Origin: Promethearchaeota archaeon
Lineage (GTDB): Archaea; Asgardarchaeota; Lokiarchaeia; Sigyniarchaeales; SOKP01
NCBI GenBank assembly: GCA_048939995.1
Contig: JBHLOY010000009.1
Location: 64,001 to 128,000 of the forward strand
Reading direction: 5' to 3'
Length of the DNA: 64,000 nucleotides
Of this stretch, positions 29,910 through 39,784 are shown in pieces. The stretch's first letter is position 1. Each line of letters starts with the position of its first letter. The notes under the pieces are model-generated. The model was given only the letters and a program-made list of their open reading frames with translations. It did not search any database and was not told the origin of the DNA. The position numbers were made by a program, and so were the translations under genes.

Positions 29910-31052
29910 TTATAAAAAATGAGATATAAGGGTATTTTTAATTCTTTCAAAATGACCTAGGTTTACTTTTAGTAAGTCATTAAGAGCCTCGTTAAGACCT
30001 GCTTTTTCAATTTTCTTTGTAATTCTATAATAAGGACTTTTTTTCAATTTTGCAATTAAAAGTTTATTGGTTTCAATTGAGTCAAAAAGAAAATCTCTGG
30101 CTTTTATCACATCTACATTTAAAATTCTCTGAATAATTGTTAGTAACATGGCATCAAATGTAATTCTTAGGATAATTTCTCTGTCAAATTCTGTTTTTTT
30201 AGGAAATAAGTAGTCTTTAAGGAGTGAAATTGATTCTTTAAAAAGATCTATTGAATCGCTTCCCAAACTTTCTATTTTATCTTTAAAATCAGTATTATTC
30301 AAAGCAGTTAAACAGATTGCGGATAAAACTTGATATTCTGCGATAAAATGAATAAATCTGGCTTTTGCATTTAGGACCGTATCTTTAGAATCTTCTGCCT
30401 CAGTAAGTAGATTTCCTAAATTATCAAGAGATTTTCTAAAGTAGGTGGATATTGTATAAAATTTATCAGAGGCTTCTTCAAATGCTTTACTTTCTAATAA
30501 TAATTGAGCTTTTTTTTCTTCTTGTTGATATAGTTCATCAAATTTATTAATTTTCATAACTGCCTTTAATATCAATCGTTTACCTAAATCTTTAGTTAGC
30601 TGAGAACGTTCATAGGTTTGACCTGCTTTCAACAAAAAAATAGAAGCTAAGCTATGATACTCTTCAGGGTCTGCTTTAAGGAAATATTCAGAAGCACTAC
30701 TCCAACTATCACCTGCAGTTTCCCAGTCATTCATTTGAAATGATAGGTTTCCTAGTTGGATCAATAACTTCGCAGAAATTTCGTATAATTTTAATTCTTC
30801 AGTTTTGCGAATAATTGATTTTAATCTATATACCGCTTGGATGTGATTTTTGAACTGTGAAATGATACGAGTAATACGAATAAATATTTCATCCAATTTA
30901 AAATAACTCCCAAGATCTAAGTAGATTTGTGCTGCTTTTTCATATATTTTTATAGCATCATCTCCTTTACCTTTATCAATAAGATTTTCAGCACGATCAA
31001 TTAGTTGAATTGCTTCAATTTCTTTTTCTTCTTTATCTTGATTGTTATACAT
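29910..31052 (-). CDS. TPR-like alpha-solenoid, alpha-SNAP/Sec17-like
   Basis: Helical hairpin repeats: AIKIYEKAAQIYLDLG, SAKLLIQLG, WETAGDSWSSASEYF, ASIFLLKAG. Confidence 0.6.
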   Translation of the reverse strand: MYNNQDKEEKEIEAIQLIDRAENLIDKGKGDDAIKIYEKAAQIYLDLGSYFKLDEIFIRITRIISQFKNHIQAVYRLKSIIRKTEELKLYEISAKLLIQLGNLSFQMNDWETAGDSWSSASEYFLKADPEEYHSLASIFLLKAGQTYERSQLTKDLGKRLILKAVMKINKFDELYQQEEKKAQLLLESKAFEEASDKFYTISTYFRKSLDNLGNLLTEAEDSKDTVLNAKARFIHFIAEYQVLSAICLTALNNTDFKDKIESLGSDSIDLFKESISLLKDYLFPKKTEFDREIILRITFDAMLLTIIQRILNVDVIKARDFLFDSIETNKLLIAKLKKSPYYRITKKIEKAGLNEALNDLLKVNLGHFERIKNTLISHFL

Positions 31053-31193
31053 TTGACTTCCATCCTTTAATTAGAAGCCCCTATCAGCCTATAAAATTCC
31101 AGGTGAGGCGTTCTAAATTTTAGATTAAGTAATAATACTATTCTAAAGAAAGAAAGTTTATTTAAGTTTTGATCAAATATATGATATTAATTG

Positions 31194-32078
31194 CTAAAAT
31201 TCATCTAAGAGTTTAATATTACGAGATTTTATAATATTTCTAAATTCAATTGCTTGGTATGTGGAGGCAAAACATTCTTTAGCATCCTCAATTGCTCCAT
31301 AAAAGATGAAATTTGAAAACCAAGATGCTATAAACATAATACTTGCTCTTCGATATCGTGTATGAAACTTTAAATTTAATTTCGGGGATGAGTAATAAAA
31401 TAAAAATAGATTAGGTGCAGTGCCAGTAGGTAATTTTAATGAAGTGCTTATTAGCTGCTGAGTCTCAAGTATATGAGCTAAACTTTCGAGATCAATTACT
31501 CCACCATCAATCCATATTCTTTTTACTCCTAAACCCTTTAAGCCATCAAGAAGGCTTATGTTATTTGGTTGGTTTTTTTCAACTATATAGTTAAATCTCT
31601 GGCTTGATGTCATATTTTTAGCCCCCAATATTAATAATACGATGCTCTCTATCTTATATAATTTAATCAATTCACATTCCTTTTCATTCTTTAGATTTGA
31701 GATTGTGTTATAGATAAACTCCTCTGGTTTGACTCCCCTCTCAATGAGATAGGCAGTACCAGAAGCCCTTGCCTCGAAAGAACCTCCTAATACAAAAGGT
31801 GGTTCAAAATTATCTAAATAAAATTCAAGGTATTTAATCATAGCATCAGGATTATCTGCTGAAATTTCAATCATACTTGGAATTTTATATTGAGTTGATA
31901 AATCTTGTTGATTCTGAATACGTTTTTTTGCTTTTTCTTTATTAAAATTTTTCGTACTGTTTCTTTCTACAATTGATTGTCCTTGATAAAACATAGTCCC
32001 AATTAAAACAGGAGGTAGATTGAAATTTCCGAACCCTAATTTAACATCTTTATAAAGGTAAAAATTATCCACACTCAT
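31194..32078 (-). CDS. MtrH-family (tetrahydromethanopterin methyltransferase subunit H-like) protein, divergent
   Basis: PPVLIGTMFY, FNKEKAK, IYNTI, FYGAIE resemble MtrH motifs. Confidence 0.7.
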   Translation of the reverse strand: MSVDNFYLYKDVKLGFGNFNLPPVLIGTMFYQGQSIVERNSTKNFNKEKAKKRIQNQQDLSTQYKIPSMIEISADNPDAMIKYLEFYLDNFEPPFVLGGSFEARASGTAYLIERGVKPEEFIYNTISNLKNEKECELIKLYKIESIVLLILGAKNMTSSQRFNYIVEKNQPNNISLLDGLKGLGVKRIWIDGGVIDLESLAHILETQQLISTSLKLPTGTAPNLFLFYYSSPKLNLKFHTRYRRASIMFIASWFSNFIFYGAIEDAKECFASTYQAIEFRNIIKSRNIKLLDEF

Positions 32079-32123
32079 TATTAAATCAATTAGTTTATCC
32101 TTTTAAAAAAGAAGATGATTTAA

Positions 32124-33323
32124 CTAATATAAATGTAACTTTACACCACAGTTTTTACATTGGCTATTGTTTAATTCTTCAAAACAATTTCGATGATAAA
32201 GAGTTTTGCAGTTTTCACATCGAACTATTTTTTGACCTTGTTCAAATATTAAATTACATACTAAACATGAATCGAATAAGGCGTCATTTTCAATTTCACC
32301 AAAGCTAACTAATTCAGCAGCAGCGATTTCTGGTTCTTGGCTAGTTGAATTCGCTTGAATTCGTGGTTTCACTAGAGAAGTTAATTTTCTCATTTGTGAC
32401 ACCTCGCTTGGTATCTTTAATAAATAAAAACAATGGGGGCATCGTACTGTTCCCGCTTTCCTCATCTTATGGTCTTTTTGAGAATCTGCCCATGATGCTA
32501 AACAATGGATATGATAAGGTGTCTGACAATTTGGACAATAACGACCACTAACAAAAAAGGAACTCTTCGTATAAGGATTAGTATCAGAAAAGCAAATTGA
32601 ACATTTTTTATAATCAGCTAATCCTCTAAGTTGTAATAATCGTTGCTCTTGATCTTTTGTGAGGTCCTGGACTCTTAATAGATCAGCGGCTATCTTTCTT
32701 ATAAAACTAGGGTTATCAACCAGAGACGTTGAGGTTTCTCCATAAGTTTTAATATTTGAATTGGCAAAATTTATAGCATTTTGGAATAAAGATTCTGAGT
32801 CATTATTATAATAATATCTCCCTTCTGTAATATCACTTAATCGTTTTAGTATGTTAAGAGATGATACATCAGCTAACCGGAAACAATCAATTTTTATATT
32901 TAATCCCTGCGCTAGTCGAGCCATTTTCAATGGATCTATAGAGGTTTTAGTAAACTTACCGTCTGATATTAATAAGACTCTAGGAACTTTTGCTGCTATT
33001 TTTCTTAACTCAGATATAATAAGTTTTATAGAAAATGCTAAAGCATCTCCCATTGCTGACTTTCCAGAACATTTCAACGAATTTAATGATTCAAAAAGTG
33101 ATTCTTTTGAACTTGTAAAATCTAAAACCTTTTTCGGTTTGTCAGAAAATCTGACTATAGCAAAAGAAGACATGTTATCCTCATTCAATCTTTCATTTAT
33201 TAATTTTTTTGTGGCTTCGATACTAACAATTAACCTGCTTTCATATGGAGGATAATCCGATCGAAACATTGATCTTGAAGTATCAATGCATAATACGACG
33301 TTTTCGGGTACTCTTTCACTCAA
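32124..33323 (-). CDS. vWA domain protein with two C4HC3 RING-like zinc fingers
   Basis: MIDAS DTSRS and SDG; CSIC..CPNC..H..C..CPHC and CLVC..CENC..H..C..CKNC. Confidence 0.85.
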   Translation of the reverse strand: MSERVPENVVLCIDTSRSMFRSDYPPYESRLIVSIEATKKLINERLNEDNMSSFAIVRFSDKPKKVLDFTSSKESLFESLNSLKCSGKSAMGDALAFSIKLIISELRKIAAKVPRVLLISDGKFTKTSIDPLKMARLAQGLNIKIDCFRLADVSSLNILKRLSDITEGRYYYNNDSESLFQNAINFANSNIKTYGETSTSLVDNPSFIRKIAADLLRVQDLTKDQEQRLLQLRGLADYKKCSICFSDTNPYTKSSFFVSGRYCPNCQTPYHIHCLASWADSQKDHKMRKAGTVRCPHCFYLLKIPSEVSQMRKLTSLVKPRIQANSTSQEPEIAAAELVSFGEIENDALFDSCLVCNLIFEQGQKIVRCENCKTLYHRNCFEELNNSQCKNCGVKLHLY

Positions 33324-33531
33324 TTTCAGATTTACCCAGTTATTTTTTTTATAAAACCCTAAATAATACTTCTAATTTTTATAAGTTACAAAAAGAATAA
33401 ATAATTATGTTTTTTTCATAAAAATAAAGTTTTATAAGGTAGTTTTTTCATATTTTATAAAACTCTTTTTAATTAATTAAATACAAATATAGTATAGAGA
33501 AAATTGAATTTGTTTAAATCATAGATGTAGC

Positions 33532-34740
33532 ATGTCAGAGAATGAAAATAAAAATATAAAGGTAAAAGATTTTTTTAAAAGCAATGTAATTATTAACGAA
33601 TTAGAGGATATATTGAACTTTCAACCTGAAACGCTCATTGGTATTGATAAGGTTTCATCTGATACTTTATCAGATTATAAAATCAAAAATATTGGGGATT
33701 TAGCTAAAATTTCATTAGATGATTTACCAGATGTTGAAGAAATTCCTAGTTCTATTCTTATTAAATGGGTTAAAATTGCACAGGTAATCGTAAAGTCTAT
33801 TAAAGAACAGTTAAAATCGCATAAAAAATTACTAATGATTGGGCTTGATAATGGTGGAAAAACGTCTATTTTAGCAGTTCTGCAAGATAAATTTTCAATA
33901 ATTAAATCTTTATTACCTACTAGAGGAGTAAAAAGAGAAAGGTTAGACTTTTTTGGTTATCCGATTATATCTTGGGATTTAGGAGGCCAAGTCCAATATC
34001 GCGAAAAATTATATTTTAATCGACCTGAACTTTTTTTTACTGAAGTTGATTTAGTTTTGTATGTTGTCGATACTAACGATTCTGACAGATTTCCAGAGTC
34101 TGCAAACTATTATCGTCAAGTTCTTAAAGCTTTACATGATTTGAATGAATATCCGCCCGTTTTAGTAATCTTAAGTAAAAGTGATCAAGATTTTCGATCA
34201 ACTATCCAATGGCAAGATAATGTAAATGTAATTAAAAATAAATTTAATCAAATTACAAATGAATTTGAAAAATTTTCAGCAGATTATGCTGATACTACTA
34301 TATATCAAAAAGAAACAATTATGCAAATGTTCAGTGTGGCACTCAAAAAGGTTTCTGAAACTTCAGAAATTATCGAAAATATTCTTGAAGATTTTTCTCA
34401 TACAATCGATGCAAAGTCTTCAAGTTTAATCTCAATGGATGGATTGATTTTTGGAAATTACAATTCTTCCGAAACAGATGAAGCTCTATTAAATAATACT
34501 GCATTAATTATGCAAACTCTATCAAATTTCCATAATTCAATAGGACTGCTTAGAGAATCATCTATAACACTTAATTTCCCGTTGAATGGATTTACTATTC
34601 AGGGTGAAAAGTTATTTAATTATTCTGAATTAGAAATTCCAGTTTACTTATGGATCCTTTCAGAAAATCCAGAAATGATGTATGAAAAATTAGATTATTT
34701 CAGAGAACAAATATTACCATTAATCAATATGTTTCTCTAA
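33532..34740 (+). CDS. Arf/Rag-like small GTPase with N-terminal HhH-like and C-terminal roadblock-like domains
   Basis: G1 GLDNGGKT, G2 PTRG, G3 WDLGGQ, G4 SKSD, G5 TTI; SSLISMDGLIFG roadblock hairpin. Confidence 0.8.
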   Translation: MSENENKNIKVKDFFKSNVIINELEDILNFQPETLIGIDKVSSDTLSDYKIKNIGDLAKISLDDLPDVEEIPSSILIKWVKIAQVIVKSIKEQLKSHKKLLMIGLDNGGKTSILAVLQDKFSIIKSLLPTRGVKRERLDFFGYPIISWDLGGQVQYREKLYFNRPELFFTEVDLVLYVVDTNDSDRFPESANYYRQVLKALHDLNEYPPVLVILSKSDQDFRSTIQWQDNVNVIKNKFNQITNEFEKFSADYADTTIYQKETIMQMFSVALKKVSETSEIIENILEDFSHTIDAKSSSLISMDGLIFGNYNSSETDEALLNNTALIMQTLSNFHNSIGLLRESSITLNFPLNGFTIQGEKLFNYSELEIPVYLWILSENPEMMYEKLDYFREQILPLINMFL

Positions 34741-34747
34741 ATTTTTC

Positions 34748-34969
34748 TTATAATATTTTTTCTAACTCCTTTTGAGCAGCAAGTAAATATTTATTACAAT
34801 TTTTCATCATATTAATTGCATTTTTCAAATAATCTTCAACATTTTTTAATTGCTTTTCTTCAGCAATAACACGCCATTTTTCAAAGTTTTCCGTATGACT
34901 GTTGTTGTGAGACACCCAATGTTCACATAACTTAAATAACTTTAAAACATCTTTATCTTGCTTAAACAA
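34748..34969 (-). CDS. Small helical His-motif protein, possible metal chaperone
   Basis: HWVSHNNSH..F..W motif; directly downstream of cdhA. Confidence 0.55.
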   Translation of the reverse strand: MFKQDKDVLKLFKLCEHWVSHNNSHTENFEKWRVIAEEKQLKNVEDYLKNAINMMKNCNKYLLAAQKELEKIL

Positions 34970-35024
34970 AACAATTCACTTTTTAAAAAATTAAAATTTA
35001 AAAAAAGATTGAAATTTGGTAATA

Positions 35025-37376
35025 TTAAGTTCGGCATAAACGCTTTAAAAGAGTTGGATCTACAATCTCTCTTGGTTGCCAACCTTTTTGCTTGATATAT
35101 TCTAAAATTTCATCTTTCATATTAATCGGAATATCTGCTTCAACTCGAATGTATTTCTCAAGATCCTCTGGAAAATCGACACCCTTGTATTTACGCTCTA
35201 AATCAATCCAGTGTGAAAGTTTTATCATCCTTCCCTTTGAGTTGTCAGCGGGGCGAATTGCCAATTTAGCGACTAGGCAAATCGCTTGTTCAATTGATTC
35301 AGCTGTAGTTAATAAATGTTCCGGACCAGGACCTACCAGGTGATCTCCTGAACCATCTCTTGCATTCCATACTTTCCATGTCTCTTCATCATCAGATCTG
35401 CCAATATACATTCTGCGGTATTCAGCACAGTGTGGTCCAATTACTGCTGGAATTCCTAGTCCATTTGCCATGCTTGCAATTGACGCAGCCTTTTGGGAAT
35501 AAGCACCCCAAGCAACTCCTACAGCACCCACTCGATTCAAAATATAATCCGCGATTTCCTCAAAATTACCTCGAATTGCACGTCTAGCAAAAATGTTGGG
35601 GACTTTAACTGCTGCTCCTACTATGTGAGGGTTAGCTACACAACTTCCTACATTCACTAAGCCACCCCTATCAAAATCACCAGGATATCGGTCATACAAA
35701 GTTTTCCCTTCCTCATCTTTTACCAAACCTATGTCCATTGCTCCACAGCCTGAAACACAAACAATATAATTTCTTCTCAGAAATTCTTCTGCCATATTAT
35801 ATAATTCCTGAATTTCATGCGCATAGTTAGCACAACCGATGATTGCAACAATTCCAGGGATTTCGCCTAGTACAATAGGTGCACCAACATTCCTGATTTC
35901 TGAATCTTGAATTGGACCTCTTCCAGCTCGACAGTTATAAGTTTCAGTTCGGATTTGTTCTCTTGCGGCATACATGATTAAACTTAATGGAGATACATCT
36001 TTCATACAGTCAGCCTCACACCTTCCACATCCAACACATTCATCAAAAATGCTAGCTAATAATGAAAAATCACCTTCTTTTGCTAATCCTACTGCTTCTA
36101 CTAATGGTAAGTCGTTAGGACAATTTCTCTGACAATTCCCACAGCCATTGCATTTGTATGCCATATCAATAGAGCCTTGTTCATCGGGAACAGCACTCTT
36201 AGCCTTTCTTATTGGTTTAATTTTAATTGCTGTTTCAGCTGCGACAGCTCCCGCTTTAATTGGATCTAAGATAAGAACCCCTGGCATTTTATAACTTATT
36301 AAATCATTTACAATTTCATTTATAGGATCATTTGTCCTATCAGGGAGCCCTCCCATATTCTTTTCATTAGTAGCAATAAATGGAGCCCCTACTAATTGAG
36401 CTTGTTCAAGATTTCTTAGATTTACACATTGCTCATCAACCATAACTACATCGGCTAATCCGGAGCGGATATAATGAAGTTGTCTTGAAATAGAACCGAT
36501 AATTTTTGCCCCATCGTAATATCTTGTTAGATCGTGCGCTGTACAACATATCGCACCTACATCAACCTTGTTATCTAAACCTTTCTCTCTAATATAATCA
36601 ACTAATTCTACTCCAGGAGCTACGTTATGACCAACCATTAAAATTGAAGCTTTATTCGTTGTATCCATTGTACCCATACCTAACTCAACAATTGGAACAT
36701 TAGGTTCTCCAATAGGGTATCCATAGGCACACATTTGAACAGCATCGCTAATTTCCATCCCCACAGCATCAGCTAATCCTGCAAGGAATGATTTTGATTC
36801 ATAATCCAAGTAATTTGATTCTTGACCTGTATGTCCCGCTGCTAACAAGTGTGTTATGGTATACTGAACCCATTCCATCGCTGTTTCTAAATCATCTAAG
36901 TTTTCTGGCTTCATGCCGATAATCATTCTGGTCATTGGCATTTCTACAGCAATATTGTTTCCCATATTAATTGGCACGTTCCCATACTTCTCCTTAAGCC
37001 AGTGTAAGAGATGACCTCCATGTGCGCTATGACATGCTGCTCCGATACAACACGCAATCTCAACAATTCTTGCTTGCTGAGTTTCCATATTGATACCACA
37101 AGCACCAGTTCTGCCTTTAGAAAGATTACACTTCCCAAAAGTGCATAAACAGCACATATCGCAGATTGGCATATAGAACGGTTTATATCTTTCCATTAAC
37201 TTAAAAAACCAGTTTCTTAACGTAGGGATTGTAGGTTTAGGCGTAGGTCCCATAGGTTCCCATTCGGTTTCATCGCCTTCACTAATAACTCTCCCTGCAG
37301 TCAACTCAAAACCCTTGATTGTCCCAAGAGGGCCTTTATAGGAGTCAATTTTTAATTTTGCGCCTTTTTTACTCAT
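35025..37376 (-). CDS. cdhA: CO dehydrogenase/acetyl-CoA synthase complex alpha subunit
   Basis: CDMCCLCTFGKC, GHN, CCTAHD, DEQC, two ferredoxin motifs, GSC, WGAYSQKA. Confidence 0.95.
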   Translation of the reverse strand: MSKKGAKLKIDSYKGPLGTIKGFELTAGRVISEGDETEWEPMGPTPKPTIPTLRNWFFKLMERYKPFYMPICDMCCLCTFGKCNLSKGRTGACGINMETQQARIVEIACCIGAACHSAHGGHLLHWLKEKYGNVPINMGNNIAVEMPMTRMIIGMKPENLDDLETAMEWVQYTITHLLAAGHTGQESNYLDYESKSFLAGLADAVGMEISDAVQMCAYGYPIGEPNVPIVELGMGTMDTTNKASILMVGHNVAPGVELVDYIREKGLDNKVDVGAICCTAHDLTRYYDGAKIIGSISRQLHYIRSGLADVVMVDEQCVNLRNLEQAQLVGAPFIATNEKNMGGLPDRTNDPINEIVNDLISYKMPGVLILDPIKAGAVAAETAIKIKPIRKAKSAVPDEQGSIDMAYKCNGCGNCQRNCPNDLPLVEAVGLAKEGDFSLLASIFDECVGCGRCEADCMKDVSPLSLIMYAAREQIRTETYNCRAGRGPIQDSEIRNVGAPIVLGEIPGIVAIIGCANYAHEIQELYNMAEEFLRRNYIVCVSGCGAMDIGLVKDEEGKTLYDRYPGDFDRGGLVNVGSCVANPHIVGAAVKVPNIFARRAIRGNFEEIADYILNRVGAVGVAWGAYSQKAASIASMANGLGIPAVIGPHCAEYRRMYIGRSDDEETWKVWNARDGSGDHLVGPGPEHLLTTAESIEQAICLVAKLAIRPADNSKGRMIKLSHWIDLERKYKGVDFPEDLEKYIRVEADIPINMKDEILEYIKQKGWQPREIVDPTLLKRLCRT

Positions 37377-37628
37377 TTTAATCCTTAATTTGGTTTTTTT
37401 AATATTTTTTAATTATGGTTTGATCAATATTTAATATTATTTTAAAATTGACATTCTATGGTTTAGATAAATTCCAAGTTATAAAGATTAATGATTATAG
37501 GTTAAAACTTAATCTTTAAGTATATTTATAATAAGTTAGTGTGAAATTTCATTTCAAAATGGAATTTGATGGATATAATGCCTAAACATAATTATAAATG
37601 AAGACCTTTCATGTAGGTAATAGAGATT

Positions 37629-38400
37629 TCATGATACTTTCTTTTTAGAAGCATTTTTAGTTCTAATCTTTTTTACTATTAGATAACTTGCAGCACTCAT
37701 AATTGTCTTTAAAGAGGCTTTCATACCTAAATGCTTGTAAATCATCTTAAGTAATAGCCCCAGTAAGGGAATCATCAATAATACAGGAATCCAAATAGTT
37801 ATTACTGATAATTGTCGTACAAAAAGAAAATACAATAAATTATGGACAATATATATTGAGAAGGAATAATACGCCAAAAAGATTGGGTTGCCCCTTATAT
37901 GGAATTAACCACCATAGGAAAAATTGATTAGTAATGAGTAAAACAATACTTATAACTAACCTAACAACTCGTGAGAATTTCAATATTGGATATGAGATTA
38001 AAAGTGATATAGAAAGGGTCTGTAAAATTAACCATGCCCAAATAAATGTAGGATCTTTTAATCTTATAGCAACAGTAAGATTATAGATTAATGCGACTAG
38101 TAAAAGTAATAAGGCTCTAACAAGGTAGTTATCTTTTATGTCTCTCATAGAAAGGTCATCTGACTTTTTGGTTTTTAAAGAATTTTTTTAAAAAGATAAT
38201 CCAGTACTTATTCCAGATATAAACACAAATCCTACAGCTCCGATGGGCCCTAATAATGGCTTTAAAAAGTTATTAAATAACCATTAATCTTCGACTTTTA
38301 ACCACCAATCAAAGAGGTGACCATAAACCATTATGAACATGCAGATGCCGCGAAAAATATCAATACTTTTAAGTCGCCTCATTGTTGAAGCATTATTCAT
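37629..38400 (-). pseudogene. Degraded HGSNAT/DUF1624-like membrane acyltransferase
   Basis: ATG38400..MRRLKSIDIFRGICMFIMVYGH; in-frame TAA at 38284-86 and 38188-90; frame change with apparent internal deletion near 37860 before YSFSIYIVH. Confidence 0.75.
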
Positions 38401-38471
38401 TTAAATCATTTTAATTATACAAAGTATAGATTCTTTCATTATAGAAAGGTCTAGATGTTAGAGATTTTAAT

Positions 38472-39011
38472 TTATGTTTGAAGAGCTTTATACATTTCTA
38501 TAGCTAGCTCATCAAAAATCTCATCTATGCCTTGACCGAATTTAGCACTTGCTTCAAAGTAAGCAGTAGAACTTAGAGAATTCTTAAGATTGTTCAGTTC
38601 TTCTGAAGTTACACATCTCATTTCAGGACCAATCAAATCAAGTTTGTTTCCTACTAAGATATTAGGTTTTGATCCAATAATATTCTCAATTTCTTTCTTC
38701 CAAAATTGTAAATTTTCAAACGTATCCCGTCGTGTTAGATCAAACATATAGACTATGCCTTTAGCCCCTTTATAGAAAGCTTGTCTTACCCATTTAAAAC
38801 GTTCTTGACCAGCAAGATCCCAAATTTGGAGAGTGATAAAACTCTTTACTTGGGGTATCTGCACATATTTTACAAAAAAGTTAGATCCAATAGTAGTTTG
38901 AATATCCGGCCTAAATTCTCCTCGTATATATTGATGTAATAAGGTTGTTTTCCCTACTCCCGCGTTTCCAGCTATGATTGTCTTGTATGCTTTTAAAATC
39001 ATATTTTTCAA
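38472..39011 (-). CDS. Rab-like small GTPase
   Basis: GNAGVGKT, TTIGSNF, LQIWDLAGQERF, GNKLD, EASAK; no C-terminal Cys. Confidence 0.9.
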   Translation of the reverse strand: MKNMILKAYKTIIAGNAGVGKTTLLHQYIRGEFRPDIQTTIGSNFFVKYVQIPQVKSFITLQIWDLAGQERFKWVRQAFYKGAKGIVYMFDLTRRDTFENLQFWKKEIENIIGSKPNILVGNKLDLIGPEMRCVTSEELNNLKNSLSSTAYFEASAKFGQGIDEIFDELAIEMYKALQT

Positions 39012-39088
39012 TTAATTTTAGCCTTACCTAAATTCTAATACTAATAAGACTTTATAAATTTTCCATTGTAATAAAAAGAGGTGAATAA

Positions 39089-39685
39089 CTATAAGGAGGC
39101 TAAAAAGTCAGAAACAGCTTGCTCTGACATTTCTTCATCTACTAAATTGTTTGGAAGCTCTTCTCCAATAAGATCAAATTTATATGAGCATTTCTCTCCA
39201 CCAGTAAGAATACATTCAATCTCCTTTCCTTCAACATCAATCGTTAAGACTTCAAATATTCCATTAAATATACCCAAATACAAAAGACAAAGATTTTTAG
39301 CCATAATATTTTCTTTCTCTTCAGCAGCTAATGATTCATAGACATTAATTATAATATGATCTTTTTTAAAAGTGCCAGTTAGAGCACCATAACCCATAAG
39401 AATTAATGATTCTAATACACCTAACACAACTTCTTTTTTCACGGCAATATTTTCAGTACTCCAGTCTTTATTAGAAAAATATTTTTCCATAAGGGTTTTT
39501 CCAAGGGTTTTACCAACCCAGATAATGATATCATCAGCATTAGCTCCAGCAAATTCTGCAAACTCTAGAATTTCATTAGGACGCAACATAACAAGGCGAA
39601 TATCTTTTTTAGCCTCTCCCAAGAATAGATGTCCTTCTTTCTCTTCAATATTTATTTGTAAATCTTTTTTTAGTCTTTTAAACAT
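39089..39685 (-). CDS. V4R (Bet3/TRAPP-fold) domain protein
   Basis: GKTLGK helix, MGYG, C...GIFNGIF...EIEC...G...CSY V4R signature. Confidence 0.8.
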   Translation of the reverse strand: MFKRLKKDLQINIEEKEGHLFLGEAKKDIRLVMLRPNEILEFAEFAGANADDIIIWVGKTLGKTLMEKYFSNKDWSTENIAVKKEVVLGVLESLILMGYGALTGTFKKDHIIINVYESLAAEEKENIMAKNLCLLYLGIFNGIFEVLTIDVEGKEIECILTGGEKCSYKFDLIGEELPNNLVDEEMSEQAVSDFLASL

Positions 39686-39784
39686 GGTTGATATCCATTA
39701 TCTTTTTAGGGATTTATTAATTTGATATGAAGAATATACTTAATATATTAGAAATTTAATTGTCTAGATTTATAAATTTAATGT

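Noticed and set aside
38188-38286. Selenocysteine or pyrrolysine readthrough in the broken gene
   Set aside because: Both stops are TAA and there is also a frameshift/deletion
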